Shown: positions 47,073 to 56,814 of the stretch, in pieces
Layout of the letters: the number at the start of each line of letters is the position of its first letter
How positions within the stretch are numbered: the stretch's first letter is position 1
From: Pseudobdellovibrionaceae bacterium
GTDB taxonomy: Bacteria; Bdellovibrionota; Bdellovibrionia; Bdellovibrionales; Bdellovibrionaceae
Length of the DNA stretch: 64,000 nucleotides
Direction: 5' to 3'
Assembly: GCA_039810425.1 (NCBI GenBank)
Contig: JBDHWW010000016.1
Location: 1 to 64,000 of the forward strand
Program-made: the position numbers and the translations under genes
Notes under the pieces: generated by a model
Seen by the model: only the letters and a program-made list of their open reading frames with translations
Told to the model about the DNA's origin: nothing
The model's database searches: none

Positions 47073-48098
47073 ATGTCACAAGCTAAACTCGATGCAATCA
47101 AAGATCAGGCGCTGGCTCAATTTAAAGCCGCTGCCAACAGCAAAGCACTCTACGATTTGAAGGTGACCTTTCTCGGTAAGAACGGAAGCCTCACGGAAAT
47201 TATGAAGGAGATGGTCCATCTTCCGAAGGAAGAAAAGCCCCTTTTTGGTAAAAAGGTAAATGAGGTCAAGAGTCTGCTTGAGCAAGTTTATGTGGAAGCC
47301 GAAGAGGGTCTCAAGAAAACCGAGATCGAAGGCAAGATGGCGAGCGAAGAGCTTGATATGACCTTGCCGCCATACACGCGGCCCGTCGGCCATCAGCACC
47401 CGGTTTACAAGGTGACGGAAGAGATCTTTCACATCATGGCCCGTATCGGTTACAGCATTCGCACCGGTCCTCTGATAGAAAAAGACTATTACAATTTTGA
47501 AGCTCTCAATATCCCGGCGGACCACCCGGCGCGTGATATGCAAGATACGTTCTTTATTGATCCAACCCATGTGCTGCGGACACACACAAGCCCGATTCAG
47601 ATCCATTCTCTCGAGAGTGAAAAACCGCCATTGCGTATTATCGGCACGGGGCCGGTTTTCCGTTGTGACAGCGATATTTCACATTTGCCGAATTTCCATC
47701 AGATCGAAGGTATGTGCGTGGATCACAAAGTTTCGATGGCGGACCTCAAGGGAACAATCAGTTTTTTCGTGCGTGAGTTCTTCGGCGCGGGTTTGAAAAC
47801 TCGCTTCCGCCCCAGCTTCTTCCCCTTCACCGAACCTTCGGCGGAGGTCGATTGCTCTTGCCCGATTTGCAAGGGCAAAGGCTGCAGTCTGTGTAAACAC
47901 ACCGGCTGGATAGAGATCGGTGGTTGCGGTTTGATCAATCCGAAAGTGTTCCATCACGCAAAGATCCATTATCCGGAGTGGCAGGGGTTTGCGTTCGGCT
48001 TTGGTATCGAACGTATGGGTATTATTAAATATGGCATCGATGATATTCGTTTGTTCCCTGAAAATGATGTTCGTTTCGTAAGGCAGTTTCTCCCATGA
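47073..48098 (+). CDS. pheS: Phenylalanine--tRNA ligase alpha subunit
   Basis: [29 protein letters not shown]. Confidence 0.98.
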   Translation: MSQAKLDAIKDQALAQFKAAANSKALYDLKVTFLGKNGSLTEIMKEMVHLPKEEKPLFGKKVNEVKSLLEQVYVEAEEGLKKTEIEGKMASEELDMTLPPYTRPVGHQHPVYKVTEEIFHIMARIGYSIRTGPLIEKDYYNFEALNIPADHPARDMQDTFFIDPTHVLRTHTSPIQIHSLESEKPPLRIIGTGPVFRCDSDISHLPNFHQIEGMCVDHKVSMADLKGTISFFVREFFGAGLKTRFRPSFFPFTEPSAEVDCSCPICKGKGCSLCKHTGWIEIGGCGLINPKVFHHAKIHYPEWQGFAFGFGIERMGIIKYGIDDIRLFPENDVRFVRQFLP

Positions 48099-50533
48099 AG
48101 ATTAGCTTAAAATGGTTACAAGATTTCGTAGATCTCAAAGACTACTTCGCAAAACCTGCGGAGCTGGATGCTTTGCTCACGCGCGCCGGGCTTGAAGTCG
48201 AAGAGACCGTGAACCGCGCAAAAGACTTCCAGCACGTTGTTGTGGGTTTGATCCTTGAAAAGGACAAGCATCCCAATGCTGACAAGTTGTCGGTTTGCAA
48301 AGTCACAACGGGCGAGGGCGTCGTCCATCAGATCGTCTGTGGGGCGCAAAACCACAAGGCCAATGACCGTGTGATCGTGGCTTTGCCGGGGGCTGTTCTG
48401 CCAGGCAACTTTGCGATTAAAAAAACAAAGGTCCGCGACGTGGAGTCTGGCGGAATGCTTTGCTCTTTGAAGGAACTGGGACTCGCGAAAGAAAGCGAAG
48501 GCATCGCGATTCTTCCCCAGGACGCACCGATTGGAAAAACATTTGCCGAATACGGGGGCTATGATGACATCGTATTTGAACTCAAGGTCACTCCAAACCG
48601 CGCGGACTGTTTAAGCCACTATGGTTTGGCTCGTGAGATCGCCTGCCTTCTCGGGCGTGAGTTGAAACCCATGACCAGCAAGCTTGCATTGTCCGGTGAA
48701 TCGACGAAAAAAGAAATCGGTCTGGAAGTTAAAAATCCAGACTTGTGTCCTCGCTATGCGGGCCGCTTCGTGAAAGGCCTGAAAGTTCAAGCAAGTCCTG
48801 AGTGGCTCGTGAAACGGCTGGAAGCTGTTGGCATGAGCTCAATCAATAACGTGGTCGACGTTACGAACTATGTGATGATGGAGCTTGGGCAGCCGCTTCA
48901 TGCGTTTGATGCTAAAGAAATTCAAGGCGGTAAGATCGTTGTGGGCAGTGCTCAAGCGGGCGAGAAGTTTAAAACTCTCGATGGCACGGAAGTGACGTTG
49001 AAAGGCACCGAACTCATGATTCGCGACGTCCATCGTGCCGTGGCAATGGCCGGTGTTGTCGGTGGTCAGAACTCCGGCGTGAGTGAGCAGACAGTCGATA
49101 TCTTTATTGAAGCGGCGTATTTCTTGCCGATGGCGGTTCGCAAAGCATCGCGCTCTCATGGGATTGAAACGGATTCCGCATACCGCTTTAGCCGGGGCGT
49201 GGATCCAGATGGTACCGTGCGGGCCATGGACCGTGCGGCGGATCTGATCGTGCAAATTGCTGGTGGCACGGCCTTGGGTGATCACCATGATTTCTATCCA
49301 AATCCAGTGAAAAAATCAGCGGTTGAGATCACAGTGCAAACCGTGACGGATCGTTTGGGGTACACGGCGGACGAAACGAAGTTTGCTGATTACATGCGCC
49401 GCTTGGGCTGCGTCGTCACGGGGGGGGCGGGCAAGTACTCTATTTTGCCTCCGACATTCCGCTTCGACCTGGAACAAGATATGGATCTTGTGGAGGAGTA
49501 CGCGCGTTTGAATGGCTATGAAAATATTCCTGAAACTCTGCCGATGCTGGCGGAAAGCCCGGCGGTTCATGACAAAGGCTTCATGATGAATATGAAGCTT
49601 TCGCAAATGATGCGTGGTCAGGGCTTCTCGCAAGCCTTCAACTATGCTTTCGTGGGCGGCCAGGCGCAGAAGAAGTTCGTGGGCGGCGTTGAAAGTTTGA
49701 AAGCCGCAGGCTTCACGGTTTCAGATGCGGAGATCAAAGTTTTGAATCCACTCAATGATGAGATGGATACAATGAGAAGCTCGATTTCAACGGGGTTGTT
49801 CAAGAACCTCGCGAACAACTTCAACCAAGGGAATCATTTCGGACGTCTCTATGAGATCGGTCAGTGTTTTTATAAAGACGGCGAGGCCTACAAAGAAACC
49901 TCTCGCTTGGGTTTGGCTGCCTGGGGAATCCAAAGTCAGCTTTGGAATCAAACGGCGGCTCATCCGTTGGTGTTTGAGGTCAAAGCAGCGGTTGAAGCGA
50001 TGCTTAGAAATCTTAATATTGGCTCTTACACTTGGTCCTCACCGCAAGATAAGGGCGACGTGCCGGCGTTCATGCATCGTGGGCAGTTCGCGCAACTCAT
50101 CGTTGAAGGGAAGAAAGTGGGCTTTATCGGCACCCTTCATCCGGTTCTTTTGGACGAACACAAGATCCGTGTTCCTGCCGCGATGGCGGAGTTGGATTTG
50201 GATCAACTCTACAAGGGCCAGCCACGTCCTTCGCGCTTCGAGAGTTTGTCTAAATTCCCCGCAGTGGAACGTGATTTTGCCTTTGTGATGGCGAAAAGCG
50301 TGAGGGTGGGTGACGTCGTTCGCGAAATTCGCAAGCAAGGTGGCGGCATTTTGATCCAAGTGGATGTGTTTGACGTTTATGAAGGCGATAAAATGGAGCT
50401 CGGCAAGAAATCTGTGGCTCTGAGACTCACTTTTCAAGATAAAAATGCCACGCTGCAAGATAGTCAAGTGGTAGAGGCAGGTAATAAGATTGTCGAGGCT
50501 TTGAAAAAGCAATTTGCGTTAACAATGAGATAA
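48095..50533 (+). CDS. pheT: Phenylalanine--tRNA ligase beta subunit
   Basis: [35 protein letters not shown] tail. Confidence 0.98.
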   Translation: MKISLKWLQDFVDLKDYFAKPAELDALLTRAGLEVEETVNRAKDFQHVVVGLILEKDKHPNADKLSVCKVTTGEGVVHQIVCGAQNHKANDRVIVALPGAVLPGNFAIKKTKVRDVESGGMLCSLKELGLAKESEGIAILPQDAPIGKTFAEYGGYDDIVFELKVTPNRADCLSHYGLAREIACLLGRELKPMTSKLALSGESTKKEIGLEVKNPDLCPRYAGRFVKGLKVQASPEWLVKRLEAVGMSSINNVVDVTNYVMMELGQPLHAFDAKEIQGGKIVVGSAQAGEKFKTLDGTEVTLKGTELMIRDVHRAVAMAGVVGGQNSGVSEQTVDIFIEAAYFLPMAVRKASRSHGIETDSAYRFSRGVDPDGTVRAMDRAADLIVQIAGGTALGDHHDFYPNPVKKSAVEITVQTVTDRLGYTADETKFADYMRRLGCVVTGGAGKYSILPPTFRFDLEQDMDLVEEYARLNGYENIPETLPMLAESPAVHDKGFMMNMKLSQMMRGQGFSQAFNYAFVGGQAQKKFVGGVESLKAAGFTVSDAEIKVLNPLNDEMDTMRSSISTGLFKNLANNFNQGNHFGRLYEIGQCFYKDGEAYKETSRLGLAAWGIQSQLWNQTAAHPLVFEVKAAVEAMLRNLNIGSYTWSSPQDKGDVPAFMHRGQFAQLIVEGKKVGFIGTLHPVLLDEHKIRVPAAMAELDLDQLYKGQPRPSRFESLSKFPAVERDFAFVMAKSVRVGDVVREIRKQGGGILIQVDVFDVYEGDKMELGKKSVALRLTFQDKNATLQDSQVVEAGNKIVEALKKQFALTMR

Positions 50534-50614
50534 ATTCTTGATTGTTTTCAAAGACTTGTTAGCCTTAGAAGGTGTTAATTTTTAGTGTGATGAATCCAAG
50601 GAGTGGTTTTTAGT

Positions 50615-50968
50615 ATGGCAGGCCAGAATTTAGGTAAATCGACTGTGACAAAGGCCGATATCGTAGAAAAGGTCTATCAAAAGATCGGTTTTTCGAAGAA
50701 GGAAGCTTCTGAGTTGGTGGAGTCGGTTTTCGACACTCTCAAAGATGTTCTGCAAAACGGTGAAAAAGTTAAGATCTCTGGTTTCGGCAACTTCGTCGTG
50801 CGCGGCAAGAATGAGCGTATCGGTCGTAATCCGCAAACAGGGGATCAAATCACAATCAGCGCTCGTCACGTATTGACCTTCCGCCCGAGCCAAGTGCTCA
50901 AAGCGATGCTCAATGGTGAAGAGTACGCTCATCTCAAGGATGATGACGATGACGATGATGACAACTAG
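50615..50968 (+). CDS. ihfA: Integration host factor alpha with poly-Asp tail
   Basis: TKADI, VKISGFGNF, RIGRNPQTG, TFRPS; directly after pheT. Confidence 0.93.
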   Translation: MAGQNLGKSTVTKADIVEKVYQKIGFSKKEASELVESVFDTLKDVLQNGEKVKISGFGNFVVRGKNERIGRNPQTGDQITISARHVLTFRPSQVLKAMLNGEEYAHLKDDDDDDDDN

Positions 50969-51515
50969 TCAGGATGCGGGCTCAGAGATTGAACTACATT
51001 CTGAGTCGGGCGGGAGCGATCAACTCGAATTGCAACTGGGCGATGTACTCGTCAATGAAGAGTTCACTCCGGTTGATACTCCTGAAAATCCTTTGACGGT
51101 GAGCGAGCCGATCTCTTTGCCGGCGGCGCTTTGTGACGATAGGCTGCTTGAAGAGATCAATTCAATTCCTGATAAAATGGGCTTCAAAATCGGTGACGTG
51201 GCCGATATGTTGGGGATTAAACAATACGTTCTCAGGTACTGGGAAACTGAGTTTGATCTTTTGAAACCTAAAAAGGCTTCTAACAATCAGCGCATGTACA
51301 CTCGTAAAGATGTCGAAAATGCGTTTTTGATCCGTAAACTTCTTCACCGCGACCGTTTCTCGATCGAGGGAGCGCGCAATGCTTTGAAAGAGCTCAAAGC
51401 GCACGTGAAGAAAGAGAAAGACTATTCTCAGGTTGTGAACCGCTTAGACAGCATCCATGACCGTGTTGAAGATTTGATCTTGGATATTCGCAAGGCGCGC
51501 CAGCTTTTTAAATAG
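50949..51515 (+). CDS. MerR-family HTH regulator (ihfA-linked type)
   Basis: FKIGDVA, YVLRYWETEF, R.Y..KD, SIEGAR; start is one of several ATGs at 50940-50958. Confidence 0.88.
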   Translation: MTMMTTSQDAGSEIELHSESGGSDQLELQLGDVLVNEEFTPVDTPENPLTVSEPISLPAALCDDRLLEEINSIPDKMGFKIGDVADMLGIKQYVLRYWETEFDLLKPKKASNNQRMYTRKDVENAFLIRKLLHRDRFSIEGARNALKELKAHVKKEKDYSQVVNRLDSIHDRVEDLILDIRKARQLFK

Positions 51516-51578
51516 TTGTCAGATCCTGTTTCTGGTTGCTCCGCCTCGAGCTCCGCGTCCTGACGGATTCTGGGCCCT

Positions 51579-51723
51579 TTCTTCTTTACGTGGGTGGCTA
51601 GGATTGAGTCTCGTTTTGGTACACAGCCAATTCAGAGTTTTTTATCGCCACAGAGGGCGGACGGGCCCCTATCCGCCTGGATGGCAGGTCTAGGTATCCA
51701 CAGAAAACCCACCAAAAGAAGAA
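51579..51723. other. Structured intergenic element (ncRNA or REP-like repeat)
   Basis: 17-nt closing inverted repeat (15/17 match) enclosing hairpins GGCGGA..TCCGCC and TGGAT..ATCCA. Confidence 0.4.
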
Positions 51724-51870
51724 TGAACCTCCCGCCTGTCTAAGTTGTTAGTGCCTGTTTAACAATTTTCCAGTGGAAGGTTTCCACGCGCTGCCGGAAA
51801 CCTTTTAAAGCAAATAAGGTCGATCTGACGTTCCACGGATCTTGCTCTGTAGGGGACTGAGGAGATTTTT

Positions 51871-52680
51871 ATGGAAAAAGCGAGATCTTTAATCCGTATT
51901 TTTTTGGCTCTTTCTATGGGCGCTTCGGTAGCCCATGCTGCAAGTAGCGACTTGCAAAACGAAATCAATGCGGAAGCATCTATGGGTCTGCGTTTGACGG
52001 CTCCTAAGCCGGTTGTTCGCAGTCTCATTCATATTGAGCCTATCGCGGGTATCACCTTTGCTAAATATAAAGGTGAAACGGCTCAAGGCTACAGTTTCAC
52101 GACGGGAACAGGTTATGAAGGCGGTGTCGGCGTGCTTGTCGGTCGTGGAAATTTCCAGTTTGAAACAGGCATTATGTATGCTGAGCGCACTTCACGCGAA
52201 GAGTATCGCATGGGTATCAGCACTTGGGACCTTGCCTATCAAAATAAATACATCGAACTCCCATTGCTTGCTCGCTACAACGTGATCAACAATAATGACC
52301 TCCGACTTTATGTTAAAGGTGGCGCGGTGGCTTCGTTGCTCCAGGACTCGACGGGTACGATGTCGAATGTGCAAAACGCGAATATGTACAACACAGGTAT
52401 CTATTCCCAGTACGGAATGTATGGCGCGACTTATAACACGGACTTGATCAACAACAACAACACGAAGAGTGCGTTTTCAACAGTTGATTTCCGCTGGGCC
52501 GCCGGCATCGGTGGCCAAGTGCGCATCACAAAGTCGATTGCCATGTTGCTGGAAGGTGATTACCAAACCAGCGTGAATGCAATCAGTAATTCCCAACCAA
52601 ATGGCTACATCGGCTCTACGGCGATGAAGCTTCAAATGGAAACTTACGGCATCAAAGCCGGTGTTTTGATCAGTCTTTAA
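51871..52680 (+). CDS. Outer-membrane beta-barrel protein
   Basis: Signal peptide, amphipathic strands, YIELPLLARY motif, C-terminal hydrophobic strand. Confidence 0.78.
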   Translation: MEKARSLIRIFLALSMGASVAHAASSDLQNEINAEASMGLRLTAPKPVVRSLIHIEPIAGITFAKYKGETAQGYSFTTGTGYEGGVGVLVGRGNFQFETGIMYAERTSREEYRMGISTWDLAYQNKYIELPLLARYNVINNNDLRLYVKGGAVASLLQDSTGTMSNVQNANMYNTGIYSQYGMYGATYNTDLINNNNTKSAFSTVDFRWAAGIGGQVRITKSIAMLLEGDYQTSVNAISNSQPNGYIGSTAMKLQMETYGIKAGVLISL

Positions 52681-52706
52681 GTGTAATTTAAAGAAAAGAG
52701 CTGGTG

Positions 52707-53606
52707 ATGAGGCGTCTTTTTAAAAATTCGTTGGCGCTTTCACTGGTTCTTTTCGTGTCGTCGCAGTCATATGCCGCCGACTTGTGCCAGCGAGCTTTTC
52801 TTCTTGATCCCTTTGCGAAGCAAGCAATGACTCAGGAAATGTCGAAGATGGCCGCGAAATCGGTTGCAAGCCTTCGTAGTAGCGCAACGAGCGCCCGCAT
52901 TGAAAACAAGTGGACCGTGAACCGCGGTCAAATTGAAAGCATGATTCAAACCCTGGCTCATCAGTTGGCAGGTGAAAAAATCGAAGTCAAAGCCCGCGAT
53001 ACGATCACGGACGGGTATCGCAACGTCACTCACACAGTCTATTTAGAAAAATTTGAATTAAACCTAGAAGACAGCGGTATGCCGGTCGCCGGGAACTTTC
53101 CCCGCACTTCGGTTTCATTTAAAACCCGTATCCGTAAGTACGCCGAGACTTTGGCTTTAAAAGAAAACACCGCAAATAAAGAAAGTGTTCAGGCAATGCT
53201 AGAGTTTATCCGCATGGCCCATGAAAACAGGTCCAGCTTTGCACCCTTGGCGATAAATCTTTACGAGCGCATTTCTTACGCGATCGACTTCATTGATCAT
53301 TCAAAGCAAGACACAAAGTTCCAGATTCAAATGACTTTGGACAAGTCGATTGCGTTCTTCGTGAGTTCCATGGGTAAAACCATTGAAGCTTATCGCCCCG
53401 AAGATAGCGTGGTCGAAATCAAAACTCCGGTTGAATACGCTGACTATACTTTGGCAAGCGACCTGAGGCCGGTCGCGGGCTACCGTGTCTTCTTGCAGTT
53501 TATTGAAAAAGTCAAAAAAGCTCACCGATGGGACTATATGGCCGGGGTCGGAAAAATGGGCCACGGTCACAGACAGTATCTGTTAGAGACGGCACCTCAG
53601 TACTAA
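52707..53606 (+). CDS. Secreted VTC/CYTH (TTM)-like protein
   Basis: Signal peptide; RIENKW, TVYLE, KTRIRKY, YERISY, MTLD, VVEIK. Confidence 0.55.
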   Translation: MRRLFKNSLALSLVLFVSSQSYAADLCQRAFLLDPFAKQAMTQEMSKMAAKSVASLRSSATSARIENKWTVNRGQIESMIQTLAHQLAGEKIEVKARDTITDGYRNVTHTVYLEKFELNLEDSGMPVAGNFPRTSVSFKTRIRKYAETLALKENTANKESVQAMLEFIRMAHENRSSFAPLAINLYERISYAIDFIDHSKQDTKFQIQMTLDKSIAFFVSSMGKTIEAYRPEDSVVEIKTPVEYADYTLASDLRPVAGYRVFLQFIEKVKKAHRWDYMAGVGKMGHGHRQYLLETAPQY

Positions 53607-54046
53607 TATTTTAGAATGCCTATGGGGTCACCAGCGAAGCGTTCAGCGACTTCGAGACGCAGAGCTGCTTCCTCGGGCGTTGCGGAATTTTTGATGATAA
53701 AATCTTGCACCGCTTTTGTATCGATATTCAGATCCTTCATGTGCAAATTGCAGGTCAGACTGTCCTTGGCTTGCAAGCAAAAAGCCTCGCCCTGCTGGGA
53801 TGCGAATTTGCGAGTGTGTCCTCGGCCGCCGCCCCGGCCTTGAAGTGTCATCAGCGGGAAGTTTTCACCAACCAGTTCCGGCGGGAGCTGGTACGTTAGT
53901 TCAGCGCGTTTACCATACTCTAAGAGGTCAGGTGTTTTAATGTCGAAAGTTGCAACGGGTTTAAGACGGGCCTCAACGGGCACTTCATAGGTCGCCGCCA
54001 TTGAGAATGAAGGAATGAAAGCCATGAGTGTTAAAAACTTTTTCAT
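53603..54046 (-). CDS. Secreted hypothetical protein
   Basis: Signal peptide MKKFLT...SMA; GGAGGAG RBS; 12 nt after the regulator gene. Confidence 0.72.
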   Translation of the reverse strand: MKKFLTLMAFIPSFSMAATYEVPVEARLKPVATFDIKTPDLLEYGKRAELTYQLPPELVGENFPLMTLQGRGGGRGHTRKFASQQGEAFCLQAKDSLTCNLHMKDLNIDTKAVQDFIIKNSATPEEAALRLEVAERFAGDPIGILKY

Positions 54047-54058
54047 AAATCTCCTCCG

Positions 54059-55786
54059 TCAGTTCCTGGCTGTTTGTGCCGCTACCATAAGCTTGTAGCG
54101 AATCGCCCGGCCACGTCCAATTCTTTCCAAAAGCCCCTGGTTGGTCAAGTCGGAAAGGTCCCGGCTGGCGGTTATATCAGAGACTTTAAAAAGTTTCTTA
54201 TATTTTTGCACTTCTACAAACTCTTCCTTGGCCAAGTACCGCAGGATTTGAATCTGGCGGTAATTGAGAGGAATTCCGTCGGGGACCGGAGTTTCTTTTG
54301 CCCGCGGAACATCCATGGGGGCGGCCGTTCGATGTGTACAGATTTCATAGGCCGGGTTCCAGCGGTAGCCGTTTTCAACTGTTTCCAGCCAAGCGGCTCG
54401 TTCACCCAAGAGTCTGCGGAGCGAATTCATCGCGGCGTAAATCACGGTATCATGGCGAAGCGGGTCGTACTCATAGCCCCAAACTTGCGTGATGAGGTTT
54501 TCCTTCGAACAGAAGCCTTTTTCGAGTGCGCGGAGGATTTTGCGTAAAAGGGGGGTCAGGCCCTTGCTCGCGCTTACGTTGCCGCGATCAAAAACGAGAA
54601 CCAGCCCCGGCTGCAAATCCAAGTACAAACAGCTTTGCTGCCGTTGAATTTTTAAAACATCATAAAGCAAATGAAGATAGTCATTTTCGATAATGTCATC
54701 AACCGCGTCCGCGGGATTTTTTTTGACCACTTCTAAAAGTTCCGCCAGCGGATTTTCGCCGGCCCGAAGGGGGGTGGTTGACTTGCGGATTTGCGCTTTC
54801 ACGGCGTGGGCATGCGAGTCCATGCCAAGGGCCTCGAGGAGTTTGAGTTCAAGATCGAGCGTCTCTTGTTCAAGCACGCGGTCGACACTGGGATGCAAAG
54901 TGCGCTTAGCAGAACGGGTCATGCTAAGGCCGCGCGAGAAGTCACCTGAGCAGTAGTGCAGGTATGCATAGCGCAAGTTGAGCGTCGTTTCTTGGCGGCG
55001 GTTTTGGTTGGCGTAGACATGTTCACTGGCCTTGTCGAGAATCGACAAAGCTTGGCCGCTTCTTCCGCGAAGCGCCCACTGGCGTGCGAGCTCAAGCAAG
55101 AAGTTCGCGCGGGAGTAATTGTCATCGGGGGAAAGGGTCGTGATTCCCGCTTCGAGTTCCCGCAGCGAAGACTTCGGATCAAAACCCAGGCGCGCACGAT
55201 AGATCATCTTTGAAATCTGAATGGCGATTGGTAACGAGCCGTTACCAATACTGCGCGCAAGTTTCTCCGCACGAGTCAGAAGCTCAAATCCGGCCGAGGC
55301 CTCTCCGAGCTGAACAAGAATGTGGCCACGAATGTCGGTCGATAGCACTTTGCCATAGAGATCGTCGGCGGCAAAGGCGGATTTAAATGCGATGTCGGAA
55401 GAGCGTTTCGCACTTTGGAATTTGCCGCTATAAAAGCGGTAGAAGCTGGCGCCCTGATGAATGAAAAATAAATCCGTCGCGGAGTGGTTTTTGCGTTGAC
55501 GGGTTTCTTTGAGGTTTTCCGTGAAGAGCGCCAGGGCGCGCGCATATTCTGACCGCCGGGTGAAGCCCAGCCCTAGATAAAAGCGAGCAATGATGGCTTG
55601 CGAGGGAGTTTTTAAAAGAGAAGCCGCCAGAATCTCCGCCTCGTCCATTCTTCCAGTAAAGCAGAGGGCACCGATCACTGGAAGCACGTTGGTGGCGGTC
55701 TTTTTCCATGACGGGGCATCCACGGTGATTCTGAGAATCTCCTGGTAAAGGCCTTTCGAAAAGAGTTCCTGGAGGGACGCTGCCAT
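54059..55786 (-). CDS. TPR-repeat protein with OmpR-type wHTH and C-terminal DeoR-like HTH (putative regulator)
   Basis: Helical repeats; SKENLITQVWG...RRLLG...GYRW; VSDITASRDLSDL...GRGR..RY. Confidence 0.75.
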   Translation of the reverse strand: MAASLQELFSKGLYQEILRITVDAPSWKKTATNVLPVIGALCFTGRMDEAEILAASLLKTPSQAIIARFYLGLGFTRRSEYARALALFTENLKETRQRKNHSATDLFFIHQGASFYRFYSGKFQSAKRSSDIAFKSAFAADDLYGKVLSTDIRGHILVQLGEASAGFELLTRAEKLARSIGNGSLPIAIQISKMIYRARLGFDPKSSLRELEAGITTLSPDDNYSRANFLLELARQWALRGRSGQALSILDKASEHVYANQNRRQETTLNLRYAYLHYCSGDFSRGLSMTRSAKRTLHPSVDRVLEQETLDLELKLLEALGMDSHAHAVKAQIRKSTTPLRAGENPLAELLEVVKKNPADAVDDIIENDYLHLLYDVLKIQRQQSCLYLDLQPGLVLVFDRGNVSASKGLTPLLRKILRALEKGFCSKENLITQVWGYEYDPLRHDTVIYAAMNSLRRLLGERAAWLETVENGYRWNPAYEICTHRTAAPMDVPRAKETPVPDGIPLNYRQIQILRYLAKEEFVEVQKYKKLFKVSDITASRDLSDLTNQGLLERIGRGRAIRYKLMVAAQTARN

Positions 55787-55803
55787 GCAAGTCGTCTATA
55801 TCA

Positions 55804-55823
55804 CAAATCCCATCAAATCCCAT
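55804..55823. repeat. 10-bp direct repeat in a divergent promoter region
   Basis: CAAATCCCAT x2. Confidence 0.7.
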
Positions 55824-55939
55824 CCAGGCAAGGAAGTGATGTGTAAACTTTCCCTATTCAGAAAAGGGGTCCCTGCGAACTGGACCTTTGGCGGGTTTAA
55901 ACCTGCCATCTGCTGGTTTAGACTATGCAGGGGGGACTA

Positions 55940-56764
55940 ATGAAGACAGCTCTGAGCTTTGCGTGTGTTTTAGTTTTGTTAGTCGCATGTGCCCACAATA
56001 GCGCGGTCCGTGAGCGAACTCCTGCGCAATCTGTTTCGCCGGGATCCTCATCGATGGCTCCTCCTATAAAAGCTGAAGACATTACGATCTGGAATTTACA
56101 AGCCCTGGCGCAAAGCGGGCGCTTGGACGTTTTGAATGATCTCTTCAACAACCACGGTTTGCCCATCAGTCAATTGCCATCCGGTTATGCTGCAGGGGCC
56201 GGCGCACGGGTTTTTGATTTAGGCACCCCTTTGTTTGCCAAGCTCTTGGATGATTTAACGGGGGCAAACTGGCGTGGAAAGATCTTTTACCCCTCGGAGA
56301 ATCCCGTGAAGAGCATGGGACTGAACCGAATTAAGCAGACGCTGGTGTTAAAAACCGCGATCACGCCCATGGCAAGTTTCGTGACTGAGATTTTCCCGAA
56401 GCATCCGCTGGTCCCGGATGCAAAGTCCGCAGTGGTGACTCTGAACTACGCAAAGCCCGTGACAAAGAACTACTGGCAAGAGCTTGCGTTGACGCAAATC
56501 GAAGTTTACGACGTGATGGTGCCGGTTCAGGGTAAATATGGTCCGATCTTTATCGGTAAAACCTGGCTTGGCTCGTATGCCAAGGATCGTAGTTTCAGGA
56601 CGAAGGATCCGAATCAACTGATCGCGTGGTTCTTTCTCGACTTCAACGCCGAAGCCCTGGCTGCTCAACAGAAAGAGCATTGGGATGGAGCAAAGGAGAG
56701 TGTGCTTCCAGCTCTCCCACTCATGAACGAGAAAGCAATGCCCGTCATGCCGCCTGTCCAATAA
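55940..56764 (+). CDS. Hypothetical lipoprotein
   Basis: Lipobox LVAC; WRGKIF..G.NRI motif. Confidence 0.72.
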   Translation: MKTALSFACVLVLLVACAHNSAVRERTPAQSVSPGSSSMAPPIKAEDITIWNLQALAQSGRLDVLNDLFNNHGLPISQLPSGYAAGAGARVFDLGTPLFAKLLDDLTGANWRGKIFYPSENPVKSMGLNRIKQTLVLKTAITPMASFVTEIFPKHPLVPDAKSAVVTLNYAKPVTKNYWQELALTQIEVYDVMVPVQGKYGPIFIGKTWLGSYAKDRSFRTKDPNQLIAWFFLDFNAEALAAQQKEHWDGAKESVLPALPLMNEKAMPVMPPVQ

Positions 56765-56814
56765 AGCTATCAAAAACTTTACATTGGAGTTTAAAGCCTT
56801 TACGCTTTATTCAT

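Noticed and set aside
51516..51760. tRNA-Pro usually found after ihfA-merR
   Set aside because: No cloverleaf or GTTCRA T-loop seen.
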